From a virus: DNA of 64,000 bases. The DNA lies in the IMG/VR virus record IMGVR_UViG_3300036820_000005, positions 1 through 64,000 of that record; one strand, given 5' to 3'. The position numbers and the translations under genes are program-made. The notes under the pieces are model-generated. The model did no database searches. It was not told the DNA's origin and saw only the letters and a list, made by a program, of their open reading frames with translations. Below are positions 27,454 through 39,028 of the stretch, piece by piece; position 1 is the first letter of the stretch, and the number at the start of each line of letters is the position of its first letter.

Positions 27454-27780
27454 ATGAACGAGCGAATCAGTTTCAGCCAGATAGGCGCCCTCGTGGACGC
27501 CCGCGAGGACCGCAACGTCCAGCACGCGCTTGAGAACGCGCTCCGCGGCATCAACCACACCGAGCAGTCCATCCGGCAGCGTGCCCGCTCCATCCGCTCG
27601 ACCCTCGACCTGATCGAGCAGAAGCTCGACGCCCACCTGATGCTCAACCCCTCGGGCGAGCTTCAGAGCCAGGGCCCGGAGCTGGACCTGCTGATCGCCA
27701 AGAACCACCTCCACTGGGAGACCGCCGGCGCGCTCCTCACCCCCGACGAGCTGCGGTCCATCGGCATCGACGTCAAGTAG
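27454..27780 (+). CDS. Hypothetical protein, first gene after cassette A
   Basis: AGGAG RBS; 108 aa. Confidence 0.7.
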   Translation: MNERISFSQIGALVDAREDRNVQHALENALRGINHTEQSIRQRARSIRSTLDLIEQKLDAHLMLNPSGELQSQGPELDLLIAKNHLHWETAGALLTPDELRSIGIDVK

Positions 27781-27787
27781 CCCCCCA

Positions 27788-27830
27788 GCCCGGCAGGCAG
27801 CCAGACCCGTTCGAGGCGGGTCCGGGCACG
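27788..27830 (+). ncRNA. tRNA-elbow-like structured element, copy 1
   Basis: GCCCG-GCAGGCAGCCA-GACCCG-TTCGAGG-CGGGTC-CGGGC-ACG. Confidence 0.7.
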
Positions 27831-27870
27831 AAGCGGCCACCAGGACCGCCCATCCCAGAGAGGAAACGCC

Positions 27871-30800
27871 ATGCGCATCGACACGAGGTCCGCCCAGGCC
27901 AAGCCGAACGGATTCGGCACCTGGACCCTCAGCGGCCCCCGAGGCCAGCAGGTCGTCTACAGCGGCTGGTGGGCCGACGCCCCCGACTACCTTGCCCAGA
28001 CCTACGGCACCGGCCACTGGTTTGTGAGCGCCTGACCGCCATGGACCCCTACATCGACATGACCCAGCGCTGGTGGCCCACCGACACCGCCGTCAAGCAG
28101 GCCAAGGCCGCTCTGGACGCTCAGCCGGACGCCGACCTCGCTGCCATCCCGATGGTCCAGCCCGGCAAGACCCGCGGCTACTGGAAGGTCGGCCAGGCCG
28201 TGGAGACCGTCGAAGGCCAGGTGTTCCTCGGCGTCAACGCCGACAACGGCCGCGGGGCCGTGCCTAGCTGGTCCGAAGCGCGGAACTCGGCAGCTGAAGC
28301 GGCCAGCGAGGCGCGCGGTGACCGGCCCGGCACCGTCGCCTATGCCGTCGTCGCCCGGGACGACGACCAGGTGGCCGTGTTCGAGGACGTCCTGTGAACG
28401 TCCCTAGCCCCGCCGACGCCGCCCTGTTCGACCAGGCCCGCCGATTGAAGGTTCCTGGCCCGCACGGCGGCTACCGAGCCCCGGTGATCGGCCACTGGGA
28501 CCATCTCGGCTACACCCACTGCCTCGCCTGCCCGCCCGAGCCCGTCGAACCGCCCGCCCGGATCGACCCGATTGACGCCGACAACTGCGCAGCCGAAGGC
28601 GAGCGGTGCGACTTCTGCCAAATGGTCTTGCTGACCGCTGCGCTGGCGAAGTTTACGTCGTCGAGGGACGGGGAGCCCCAGTGACCGGCCCGGCCCGCCA
28701 GGTGGCCGTCGTGGAGACGATCGACGGCGGCCGACTGCCGGTCGGCATCCACGGCGGCCTGGTGACGGTCGGCGGCGCGCTGCGGTTCACGAAGACGCAG
28801 CGGACCCAGCTGCTCGCGGCGCTGCTGGAAGCAGACCGGGCAGCCGACGACCCCGACTGGTGGGTGTGGGACTGACCGGCTGACCTGCATTTTTGCCCAA
28901 AACTTCTACACTCATCATTGATTCGTTCTACGTTCTACATTAAGATGAGAAATGTAGAAAAAATAGCCCACCACCACGGAGGCAGCAGATGGCGGCCAGC
29001 ACGGCACACGACATCCACACGGACGCAGACCCGGGCAGGCCGCTCCCGGACCCCCTGCACCAGATCCCAGCCGAAGCGTACGACCAGGCCCGCAGGGTCA
29101 ACGCCCGGCTAGACGAGCTGCTGCCCTGGCGGCAGACCCCGCCCTCCAGCTGGGCGCGCGCCTGACCGCCCGAGGAGGCTGCCCGGCCCGACTCCCCCCG
29201 GGCCGGGCAGCCGATCGGACCAGGTCAGTCCCAACCGAGAGGAGACCGATGACAACCGCAACCCGCGTCGGCAAGCCAGCGGCGTACAGGTGGAACGACC
29301 ACTACCGGGACGACGGCATCTGGTGCCGCTGGTCCCTTTGCAGCGCCCCGACCCGCCTGGCCGGAACCGACGACGAACGGTGCCCGGCCGACTGCCCCGC
29401 CTCGAAGATCGAGCCGGCCCCGGCCGGCTGAAGGAGACCCAGTGGAAACCGTGATAGCGCAGACCGGCGCCGACAAGGCCGCCGCAGCCCTTGCCCAGAA
29501 GCTACACGCCGCCGGGTGGGACGTCCGCACCGCACAGACCGACACCGAGCCGACAACCTTCCATGACGGGACGCCGATGCACCCCGCGTTCCGGCAGGCA
29601 TCCGTCCACGTCGACGGACCCGCCTGCCTCCGGACACCGTCCCTCGCCGTGTTCTGGTACTCCGACCTGCCCACCGACGGCTTTAAGCCGCGACCCGACC
29701 GGTTCGACGGCGAGATCCGCGTTGGCGGCGTCGACCTGGAGTTCAGCTCGCAAGCCGAGATGGCCGCCTGGGTTGACTGCCTGCTCGCCATCGCAGCGGC
29801 GGTGCAGGCGTGATGGCCAGCTCAGACGAGCTGCTAGCCGACGCCCGCCGGGCCGCCGACAGGTACGTGGCCGCGGGGCCGGACAGTTCCGAAGCGTCAG
29901 TGGCGGCCGTCGGCTGCCTGGCCGCGTTCTGCAAGCTCGACGAGCATATGAAGGCGACCGGCCAGCCGCCCGCCGAATGGGCTCCGCTGGTCAACGGCTG
30001 GGAGGCCGTGATCCCCTGCCCTGACCAGACGACCGCTGACCAGGTATGCGTCCAGATAGCCGACCGGTACGGGTGGTCCTGCGCGGTCCGCCAGCGGGAC
30101 GACGAATGGCTCGTCGCCACCCGGTGGGCGATCCGGCAGAACGCCGAGATCGCGCTCCGCAGGGTGCGGGAAGACCTCGGCTACCGCGGCCGGATGATGA
30201 CGACCTGCTGGCGGCCGGCCAGCCCGGAGGAAACCCGGAGATGACCGCCGCCGAGCTGAACGACGACCGCCGCACCCTGATCCAGGACGCCGCCGAAGAC
30301 GCCGGAATGACCGTCGAGATCGGCGAAGACGGCCGCGACTGGCACCTCGCAGGCCCACCGGCCAGCATCCACCGGTTCCTAATCCGCGTAGCCGCCCGTA
30401 ACTCGCTATTCGCCGGGCTGCTGGTCGACTGCCTCGAGAGCGGCGCGCGGTCAGGCAGGGACTGGACCTGGCGGTTCCCCGCCTGGGAGTGGAGCGAACG
30501 CCCCGAAGAGGACGAAGACGACTGGCCCGACATCGACGACGAAGACGACGATCCCGCACCCGCGGGCGCCACCCAGAGCACAGAGGAGACAACGCAGTCA
30601 TGACCGAATACGCTGACCAGCTTCAATGGCAGATAGCCCCCGGCTTCACCGTCGTCCTTGACGCCGACAACGGCGTAGTCGCCGAGGTCGCCGGGCAGCG
30701 CGCCCCGGTGATCCGCCCAGACATGGCGATAGAAGCGTTCAGGCAGGCGCGAGTGGCACAGGGCGGCGCAGGCCGGTTCGCCGAGTTCCGCCTGTTCGAG

Positions 30801-32971
30801 GAACTGACCGTGCTCCGCGCGTTCGTCCAGGACATCGCCGCGATGCGGAAAGACGGCGAGCCCGACGACGGCGGCGAGCCGTACGACGGCAGCGACGGCC
30901 GGGCGATGGACCTGCTCGACGGCATCGTCGGCCAGGCCCGCGTGCTACTCGGCATCGACCCGAAGCCGGAACCCGAGCCCCTGCTGCCCCTCCCGCCCAT
31001 GACCAGCGACGCCGAGACCACCCGCCCCGACATCCAGCTGCCCGAGGCCGGCCAGTGAACCACCAGGACCAGCTCGAAGCCGCCCTCGCCGAACTGGCCA
31101 GCGGCTGCGAAACCGCCGACGACGTTGCACGGAAACTCGCCGGCGCGGGCTGCCAGGGCTACCGGAGCAACTGCTACGAATGCCCGATCGTCAAGTGGCT
31201 GCTGGCTAGGCTCCCAGGCCCCCGGCTGAACGTGATCGTCTCCCAGTTCACCGCCGAGGCCACCTGGGAGTCAGCCGAAACCTGTGCCGACCCCGGCGTG
31301 CTCCCCGAGTACGACGAGGAGGCGACAGCCGACCTGCCCGACGTGCTCCGCGCGTTCCTCATGGCGTTCGACGCCGAGACCGCCGACACCGTCTATCCCG
31401 AGCTGGATCCGGCAGGCTCCCGGTGAACGGCCTGGACGACGCGCTGTGCGACCTGCTCGCCGCCGCGCTTGGCGAGCTCGCCGCAGGCTGCCTGACCCCC
31501 GGCGAAGTCGCGGGGAAGCTGCACCAGGCCGGCTGCCGCGGGGAGCGGGACAACACGTGCGGCTGCCCGGTAGCGGTGTGGGTCACGCGGCGGGTCAGGA
31601 TCCCGCTCGGCCAGGCCCTCATCGTCGGCTCCGACAACGTCGAGATCGTGGCGGCCGCCGAAGGCGTGATGACGCAGGCGGGGATGGGCGACGTCCTGGC
31701 CACCGCGACCGTCCCCCGGGTGGTCGCCCAGTTCATCGGCGAGTTTGACCACACAGGCCGCTGGCCGTACCTCGAGGGAGAGCCGGTACCGGCCGACGGG
31801 GAGCACTTCGAGGTGTACCCGTGCGGCGCCGGGATCGGGGCGTATGACACGCGGCCGTTCGGCCGCCTGCAGCTCGACCAGGCCATGGCCGCCGCCTGTG
31901 AGGCCAGCGTGCCCGGCCGCCTCCACGCCGTCGAGCGGGTCACCGTCCGCGACGGCCTCACCAGGAGGAACTGCATCGCGGAGTACCGCGACGGCAAGCC
32001 CGTGCCCCTTACCCAACCCCAGTAGTTCTACGTAGCGTAGAAAGACGATCGGAGGAACGCGGAAATGACCGACTTCATGATGGGCGCCCCCCGGCCCGCA
32101 TTCACCCCGCCCGAGGACGCGGAACAGCCGGACACCATCACGCTGGAATGGGACACGTCCGGGGTGTGCACGGCGACCATCCCGCTCGACCAGGCCCGCG
32201 AGGTGTTCGGCCTCGGCGGGACGCCCGACGTCGAGCTGGCGTGGAAGGTCGCCACCCTGGCCAAGGCCTCCCCGTCGATGCTGTCGAAGCTCAGCCCGTA
32301 CATCGACGCGGCTCAGAACTACCCGGTCAGCCTCCGCAAGGTGGACGGCACCCCGCCGGGTGAGCTGTGATGGACGGCACGCCGCCACTGCCGCAGGTCA
32401 CCGTCGCGGCCGGCGTCCGGCGGACGTTCGCCGCGGTCGTCCAGGAGACGAAGGACCGGCGCGGCTGGTCGGCCCGCGACCTGGCGCGGGCCGCGCACCT
32501 GTCGTCCCACTGGACGGTCCACAACTGCCTGACCGGCAAGGACATCAGCCTCTCCAGCGCCCTGAAGATCGCCGTCGCGCTCGGCCTCGACACCGGTGAC
32601 CTCGGCCAGGCCGGAGACCTCCGGTGAACCCGGGCAGCCCGCCGCGGTCGTCGGCGTTCGAGGCTGGCCGCCGGTTCGGCGTTGCGCTCGGCGTCCTGAT
32701 CTGCGCGGTACTCAACGGCCTGCTCGTCGCCGCCGCGGTGTTCGCCGACATCACCGCGTGGCGGTCGCTGGGGTGAGTGGTGAAACCGAAGCGGAGGAGG
32801 ACGCGGGCGCAGGCCTGCGGCTCCAAGAAGAAGCACCCGGACAAGGCAGCAGCCCAGGAGCACCTGGCCCGCCTTGTCCGGGGCGGCGCGTCCCCGGCCG
32901 CGCTCAACACCTACAAGTGCCCGCACTGCCCGGCCTGGCACGTCGGCCACGTAGCCCCGGCGAGCCGCTGA
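27871..32971 (+). other. Run of about 17 coupled small hypothetical genes, including tandem paralogs 31055-31426 and 31423-32025, XRE HTH 32370-32627 and Zn-binding 32777-32971
   Basis: Consistent + strand ORFs with 1-4 nt overlaps and RBSs. Confidence 0.65.
28880..28965 (+). promoter_or_regulatory. Diverged promoter/operator cassette
   Basis: CTGACCTGC followed by three TTCTAC and one TGTAGAA; TTGATT and TAAGAT hexamers. Confidence 0.6.
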
Positions 32972-33063
32972 CCTGCGAAAATTCCCGGTCTTTGTGCCCA
33001 TTCCTATTGTTCGTTCTACGCTCCTCGGATATTATTTTTACATAAGCAAAAAACATCCAGACC
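32968..33063 (+). promoter_or_regulatory. Repeated promoter/operator cassette, copy B
   Basis: TTGTTC-17nt-TATTAT; shares TACATAAGCAAAAAACATCCAGACC with copy A. Confidence 0.75.
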
Positions 33064-33080
33064 AGCCAGAGGAGCCCGAA

Positions 33081-33209
33081 ATGACCCCCAACTACATCCC
33101 CGGCCTCTCCGACGACGATGCCTGCCTGTATGTAGCCGGGATCGTCGACGTCCAGACCGGCTGCCCCTGCGAGATCTGCGTCAACGAGCTGGCCGAGAAG
33201 GACATCTAG
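33081..33209 (+). CDS. 42-aa Cys-containing peptide, first gene after cassette B
   Basis: GAGGAG RBS; GCPCEIC motif. Confidence 0.55.
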   Translation: MTPNYIPGLSDDDACLYVAGIVDVQTGCPCEICVNELAEKDI

Positions 33210-33216
33210 ACCAGCA

Positions 33217-33259
33217 GCCCGGCCGGCAGGCGTCACGGTTCGAGCCCGTGACGGGCACG
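33217..33259 (+). ncRNA. tRNA-elbow-like structured element, copy 2
   Basis: GCCCG-GCCGGCAGGCG-TCACGG-TTCGAGC-CCGTGA-CGGGC-ACG. Confidence 0.7.
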
Positions 33260-33294
33260 CAGAACCCAACCCCCAACCCAGAGGGAGGCCCACA

Positions 33295-34299
33295 GTGGCC
33301 GGCAAGACGAACTACAAGACGATGCCCCTGGCCGAACTGGAAGGGCTGGCAGCGAACATGGCCGCCCAGTCCCGGCGCCCGTCGACCGCGCTGAAGGCGG
33401 CCCTGAACGCAGCCCGCGCCGACGCGATGCACGAGGCCGCGGCCGAGCAGACCGAGGCCGACCGGCTGGCGGCGAAGTACGACGCGCTGGACGCCGGAGC
33501 GAAGGCCGAGGCGCAGCGGCTGAGCGACAAGTACAGCGAGTCGGGCGCCCGGCTGGACGCCGCGATCGCCGAGCAGCCCGAGGACCTCGCCCCTGCCCCG
33601 GAGCCAGAGATGACCGACCAGCAGATCGACGACGCGCTGGAGATCGTCACCCTGGCCGAGGAGATCGCCGCCCAGGACGCGGCAGGCGAGCCCGAACCGG
33701 CCGGCGACGACGCTGGCGTGATTGAGGTCGCCCCGAACGTGGTTGTCGTCAGCCCGGACGCCGTGGACGAGTTCATCGACCGGGTGGTCGAGGAGGCGCT
33801 GCAGGCTGGCCAGGCCACGCCGGACGACGCGGCCCGCTCGAAGGCCCGCCGGACCGAGTTCACGACGGCGTTCGCCCGGCTGCTCGACGGCGGGTTCACC
33901 GAGGCCCAGGCGGGCGAGGCGCTGGCCGGCGAGTTCCCCGCCGAGGTCGCCGAGTACGAGGCGATGCACGCGATGGACGCCCGGATGGTCTCCACCACGC
34001 CGCCGGAGCGCGACCCGCTGGACATCGACATGAGCACCGGCGAGGTGAGGGTGGACCGGCCAGCGACCCAGCCGGTACCGCCCGCAGGGTCCTTCGCGCG
34101 GGTCGAGGCGACGCCCTACCCGGTCACGTTCTACCGGCCGGTCCTGAAGATCATCGTCCCCGACCTGGACGACCCGGCCAAGGAGACGGTCGAGGAGCTG
34201 ACCTGCGAGCACGTAGAGAAGTACGGGCACGGGTCCGAGGACGCCGCGATCAAGTGCGCCCGGTCCATGGCCTACAAGCGGGGCCTGCGGATCGCCTGA
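33295..34299 (+). CDS. Acidic hypothetical protein with a C-terminal C-x-H..GH..C domain
   Basis: GGGAGG RBS; C-terminal domain shared with 35047-35520. Confidence 0.75.
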   Translation: MAGKTNYKTMPLAELEGLAANMAAQSRRPSTALKAALNAARADAMHEAAAEQTEADRLAAKYDALDAGAKAEAQRLSDKYSESGARLDAAIAEQPEDLAPAPEPEMTDQQIDDALEIVTLAEEIAAQDAAGEPEPAGDDAGVIEVAPNVVVVSPDAVDEFIDRVVEEALQAGQATPDDAARSKARRTEFTTAFARLLDGGFTEAQAGEALAGEFPAEVAEYEAMHAMDARMVSTTPPERDPLDIDMSTGEVRVDRPATQPVPPAGSFARVEATPYPVTFYRPVLKIIVPDLDDPAKETVEELTCEHVEKYGHGSEDAAIKCARSMAYKRGLRIA

Positions 34300-35046
34300 G
34301 CCGCCAGGCCGTCCGGCCGGGCTGTCCTTCCCCGCTAGCCCGGCCGGACCCCCGGCGCCTCAGCCGAACCCAGAAAGGAGAGGAAATGGACCACGCTAAC
34401 GCGGCCGTATTCCTGATAGGGAAAGGGCACCCTGCGGCCACCGCAATTCAGGCCCTCGCCAAGGCCCGCTTCACCGGCCGCGCGATGGTCGGCACGTGGG
34501 AGGTGGCCAGCGCAGATGGCCAGTTCACCATCACGCCGGTCGACGACCGGCCGGTTCCGTCCGCGGACCGGGATGGGACGGGCACTGGCCAGCTGGTCAC
34601 CGACCTGACCACGACCCGGACCGCGATCGCCACGTTCGCGTTCCAGGTCGGCAACGGCGAGACGCTGATCTCGCCTGGTGAGGCCAGGGACCTGACCGCG
34701 GCGGCAGTTCGGCTCGAAACCGGGCTGGCCGGGCTCCGCGCCATGCTGCGGGGCCTGTCATGAGCACGTGGACTGTGGTCGGCCTGCGAGACGGAGATTC
34801 CGGTGAGCTGCTAGTCGCCGGGGTCCTCGAAGGCGAGCACCCGGCCAGGGACAGCGGCCCGCTCAGCGGCCGGTTCGGGCGGTACTGCACGTTCGTCCAG
34901 GCCGACACCGCGGACCAGGCTGAACGGCTGGCCTGCGCTGCGGTTGACGGTGACGCCCTCGGTGACGTGGACGAGGCGGCCGTCAGCCCTGAACCGCTCT
35001 GGCCTGCCCTTGTCTGCGCGGGCCCCGACATGTTCCAGGCCGACCG

Positions 35047-35520
35047 GTGACCTCCCAGCTCCGAGCCGAATACGACCTGTACCGGCACGCCGCCTGGGTA
35101 CAGGCCGAACGGGACTGCAACGGCTACCTGCTGTCTGAGGAGGGGAGAGCCGCCGGGATCGAGCCGGAAAGGCTGTGGGAGATCCCCTGGGAGAAAGCCG
35201 TACGGTTCGCGTCCGAGGAACTACTGGACTGGTGGGGTGTCAACGGCGCCGGCCGGGCGGGCGGCCCGCGGAACGGCCGCTGGACCTGGACCGAATACCG
35301 GGAGCAGGCCGAACGCGGGGCCCCGGCCGCGCTGGTCGGCGCCGAACCATACCCGAAGACGTTTTACGCCCCGCGGATCGTGGTCCGGCACCCCGACGGC
35401 ACTGAGCACGCCGAAACGCTCCAATGCCCCCACATGGAGAAATGGGGCCACACGGTCGGGGACGCTGCGTGCCAGTGCGCCCGGCAGATCGCCGCCCAAC
35501 GCGGCCTAAAGGTCGCGTGA
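35047..35520 (+). CDS. Hypothetical protein with a C-terminal C-x-H..GH..C domain
   Basis: AE..CNGYLL...GR..GI.P..LW......RFASEEL.DWW N-terminal domain. Confidence 0.7.
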   Translation: MTSQLRAEYDLYRHAAWVQAERDCNGYLLSEEGRAAGIEPERLWEIPWEKAVRFASEELLDWWGVNGAGRAGGPRNGRWTWTEYREQAERGAPAALVGAEPYPKTFYAPRIVVRHPDGTEHAETLQCPHMEKWGHTVGDAACQCARQIAAQRGLKVA

Positions 35521-36146
35521 TGGCCGAGGACGCGACGGGCGGGCTGTCCGAGGACAGCGACCCGAAGAAGGCGTGCTCCAAGTGCGGTGTCCCGAAGCCG
35601 TTGACGGACTACTACCGCATGGCCAGTTCGAGCGATGGTCGCCGTCCGGACTGCAAGAGCTGTATTTCGGCGGCCAGGTCAACTCCCGAGGGCCGGGGAA
35701 AGCGTGCTCGCTCTGTGCGAGAGGCGCGGCACCGCAAATGGGCAGAGACCGGCTACCAGCCCAGGAAACCATCGGGGCTGACGTCAGCTGAGCAGCAGCG
35801 GCTACGCCGCGCCAGGCCGGGAGCGGAGGTTGCCAACCGTCAGAATGAGGCGCGGAAGCGCGACAAGATGCGAAAGCGCGTATTCGATCATTACGGCTGG
35901 TCATGTGCATGCTGCGGGTCTACTAAGCGGCTGACAATCGACCACATCGACGGCACCGGCGGTGAGCACCGCAAGGAGCTGTTCGGTCGGCAGCTCGCTG
36001 GTTGGCACTTCTACCGCTGGCTGATCCGCCACGGCTTCCCTGACGGCTACCAGACCCTCTGCTTCCCCTGCAACCTGAGCAAGCGCGACGGCGACCGATG
36101 CCGGCTGAACCACCGGCCCAACCGAAAGGAGCCGGCATGTCCGTGA
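35520..36146 (+). CDS. HNH endonuclease with N-terminal Zn finger
   Basis: CSKC...DCKSC; CACCG...LTIDHIDG...QTLCFPCNLSK. Confidence 0.85.
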   Translation: MAEDATGGLSEDSDPKKACSKCGVPKPLTDYYRMASSSDGRRPDCKSCISAARSTPEGRGKRARSVREARHRKWAETGYQPRKPSGLTSAEQQRLRRARPGAEVANRQNEARKRDKMRKRVFDHYGWSCACCGSTKRLTIDHIDGTGGEHRKELFGRQLAGWHFYRWLIRHGFPDGYQTLCFPCNLSKRDGDRCRLNHRPNRKEPACP

Positions 36147-36952
36147 TCACCGGCCAGATGGTCAGCGTCTACGCGAACTACCTGCTCGGCCGCATCGAGC
36201 AGGACGACGAAGCCATGATCAGCCCCGCCCTGCCCGGCGTGGTAACGGCCGATACCCTGCCCGGCCTGGTGACGATGGACGGGCTGACCGGCTCATTTCA
36301 CGTCACCGACAGCGACGGCTCCGCCCTCGAAGTCACGATCCGGCCCGTGCACCGCGACCGCGACAACGACCGGGTCCTGTCGTTCACCCGCGCCCAAGTC
36401 CAGTCCTGGGCCGGACGCGAGCTGTCCGACGACGAGCTGTCCGACCTGGAGGACGCCGTGCCGAACAGCACGTTCCCCGAGACAGTAGGCCTGATCGCCG
36501 ACGCCCTGGACCGGGGCGAGCGGCCGCGCACAGAGACCGACTGCGCGTGCCCCGTCGGCGATTCGTGCCCATGCCAGGCGGACGGCGAAGACGGCCTGTG
36601 CGCCTGCTGCCGGGCCGGGGATCACAACGGCCGTGATGCGGAGCCCGGCAGATGAACAACCCCGACTGGCTCGACATGAACCGCGCCGACTTCGACGCGG
36701 CCGAGCCGCTGACCCTGTTCCCGCTCCCTGACCAGTCCCACCTGCCGCGCCCGCCAGGCGACTGCGGCACCCCCGACCTTTTCGCCGACCAGGAAGGAGA
36801 CCAGTGATGGCCCGCAGTTTCGAGTCCCAGGTGTACCGCGCTCTGCGCATCACGAACGACGTCAACGCAGTCCGCAGAGGCCGTGTCGGCCGCCGGATCG
36901 CCCGCCGCGCGGCTGGCCGGATCACCGGCAGAGTGCTCGCCCGGATCTTCCG

Positions 36953-37399
36953 ATGACCGAAGACACGGTCAAGCGGCGCCCCGGACGCCCGGCCCGCGAC
37001 CTCACCGACGAAGAGTTCGGCCAGCTCAAAGTCCTGTACCGCGTCCCCGGCCTGAGGCCGCCCACGTGGGTGTGCCAGTGCAAATGTGACCCGGACCGGA
37101 CAGTCCAGGTGACGTCGACCCAGCTGCTCCGCGGGCACGTCAAGTCGTGCGGCTGCCTGCAAGGCACCTGGCTGCGGGTCCGCACCGACACGCTCCAGCG
37201 GGTCGCCGCGAACCTGGCCTCGCTTAACGAAATCATCGCCGAGCTGGTAACGGCAGGCTGCGATGATCCTGGGTTTGCCCAGATGACACGGGACCTCCTA
37301 CGCGACCACTCCTGGTCGCTGGGATTCCAGTTCCAGGGCCAGCAGGCGCCCGCCGACTGGACCCCGTGGTGGGAGAAGACCGGGGAGGACCAGGCGTAG
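36953..37399 (+). CDS. Protein with a phage HNH/AP2-associated N-terminal Cys domain
   Basis: DLT..EFG.LKV...WVCQCKC...G.VKSCGC. Confidence 0.7.
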   Translation: MTEDTVKRRPGRPARDLTDEEFGQLKVLYRVPGLRPPTWVCQCKCDPDRTVQVTSTQLLRGHVKSCGCLQGTWLRVRTDTLQRVAANLASLNEIIAELVTAGCDDPGFAQMTRDLLRDHSWSLGFQFQGQQAPADWTPWWEKTGEDQA

Positions 37400-37833
37400 T
37401 GGCCGCGTACATCGACCTGTCCGGCCGGACGTTCGACCGGCTGCGGGTGGTCCGCCGCGCGGAGGCGGCCCCCTCGAAGACGACTGGTGTCCGATGGGTG
37501 GCCCAGTGCGCGGTCGACCTCGGCGGCTGCGGGTCGCCGGCGTTCACGGTGAACGGCAAGGACCTGCGCCGCGCCCGGACCCGGTCCTGCGGCTGCATCC
37601 GCATCGAGGTCGCCAAGGCAACGCTCGAGCGGATCAAAGCCCGCCCCTGCACCGAGAAGCCTGCCGAACCGGACTCGTACGCCTGCCAGTGGTGCAAGAC
37701 CGACCAGCCCGCCGACCAGATGGGGCCGGTCCTGTTCGCAGTCGAGGAAGGCGGGTCGGGGATGCAGTGCCGCGACGACCGGGCCTGCACCCGCCGCCAG
37801 AAGACCAGCCAGCGACAGAGGAGGGCGCGATGA
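37399..37833 (+). CDS. Tandem paralog with the same Cys domain
   Basis: DLSGRTF.RLRV...WVAQC...CG...TRSCGC. Confidence 0.7.
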   Translation: MAAYIDLSGRTFDRLRVVRRAEAAPSKTTGVRWVAQCAVDLGGCGSPAFTVNGKDLRRARTRSCGCIRIEVAKATLERIKARPCTEKPAEPDSYACQWCKTDQPADQMGPVLFAVEEGGSGMQCRDDRACTRRQKTSQRQRRAR

Positions 37834-38703
37834 CCGACCCGACCCCAGCTCAGTCCTGCACCCGGGTAGCTGTCGTCGGCGGGCACGTGTACCCGTGCCG
37901 CAGCCACGCCGGCGACGTGCACCATTTCGCGATGCTCTGGCCGGCCTGCGAGGCGCCGTTCTGCCTGCTGCCGCCAGGCCACAGGGAGCTGCACGACATC
38001 CCGTCCGGCCGGGCCGAGTACATGGACGCTAGCGCGGCTCCCGCCCAGTGCCAGGCGGCCCGGCTCGGACAGCCGCCATGCAAGCACCCGCCGAGGCACC
38101 GGGCGGCCGGCCACGGCCAGGCCGAGTTCGACTTGTGCGGCCGCCACGCCCACTGGCTCCGCGGCCGGCCCGCCTGGCAGATCCGCCCGCTGCAGGAGGC
38201 GGACGCCGATGCCTGACCGGTACCCGTGGCGGGCCGTGACCCGCGCCTACGGCCCCCGCTCCGGCCGGGGGAGCACGCTCGGCCGAGACACGTCCAGGCG
38301 TACCCGCTGGTGGGTCCTCCAGCTCGCCTGCGGCCACGTCGTAGAGCGGACGGTCCGGTACTGGCCGGTGGAAGGCCGGACGTCACAGCGCCGATCCTCG
38401 GACGATGTCATGCCTGCCCCGCGGCGGGTGCGGTGCGAGAAGTGCCAGAAGCTGGCGGCTCCAGAGCTCATCGGCGGGAACGGCGGGACGCTCACCGAGG
38501 AAGAGGCCCGCACGATCGGGGCCCTGCACCGGCTGGCGAAGCGGTGGCCGCCGACGCTGACCCTCGCGAGCATGAGCGGCGGCCTGTGCGTGTTCCACAC
38601 CGGCGACCCCAGGTGGGGGCTGGAGTCCGGCCCTGACCGCCAGGAGGCCGTTCTCGACGAGATCGACGGCATCCCGAACGACGGCGGCGCCTGGTGACGG
38701 TCG

Positions 38704-38802
38704 CTGACCTGCGAAAATACCGCGTCTTTGTGCCGCTTCTACTTGTCGCGTTCTACGCTCCTCATATAGTATTTCTACGTACATTAAAATATTCACTCAG
38801 AC
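38704..38802 (+). promoter_or_regulatory. Repeated promoter/operator cassette, copy C
   Basis: TTGTCG-18nt-TAGTAT with flanking TTCTAC. Confidence 0.75.
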
Positions 38803-38814
38803 AGGAAGCCACTC

Positions 38815-38976
38815 ATGGACGTCCGCAAGACCGAACTCGACACCGGCCAGATCCACAATGCGGACGGAACGGTGAGCGTGTACCTGTACAGCGACCGCGG
38901 CCCGCAGCGCTGGACCTTCGACCAGGCCATCGAGCATGACCCCGGCTGCGGCTGCTGGGAGTGCATCACCTTCTAG
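38815..38976 (+). CDS. 53-aa peptide, first gene after cassette C
   Basis: AGGAAG RBS; ends HDPGCGCWECITF. Confidence 0.55.
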   Translation: MDVRKTELDTGQIHNADGTVSVYLYSDRGPQRWTFDQAIEHDPGCGCWECITF

Positions 38977-38985
38977 ACCACCCGA

Positions 38986-39028
38986 GCCCGATCGGCAAGC
39001 GTCACGGTTCGAGCCCGTGACGGGCACG
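38986..39028 (+). ncRNA. tRNA-elbow-like structured element, copy 3
   Basis: GCCCG-ATCGGCAAGCG-TCACGG-TTCGAGC-CCGTGA-CGGGC-ACG. Confidence 0.7.

Noticed and set aside
29177-29212. Hairpin after the first gene of the diverged cassette as a fifth tRNA-like element
   Set aside because: It is a simple stem-loop without the TTCGA loop or GGCA bulge; more likely an ordinary terminator-type hairpin.
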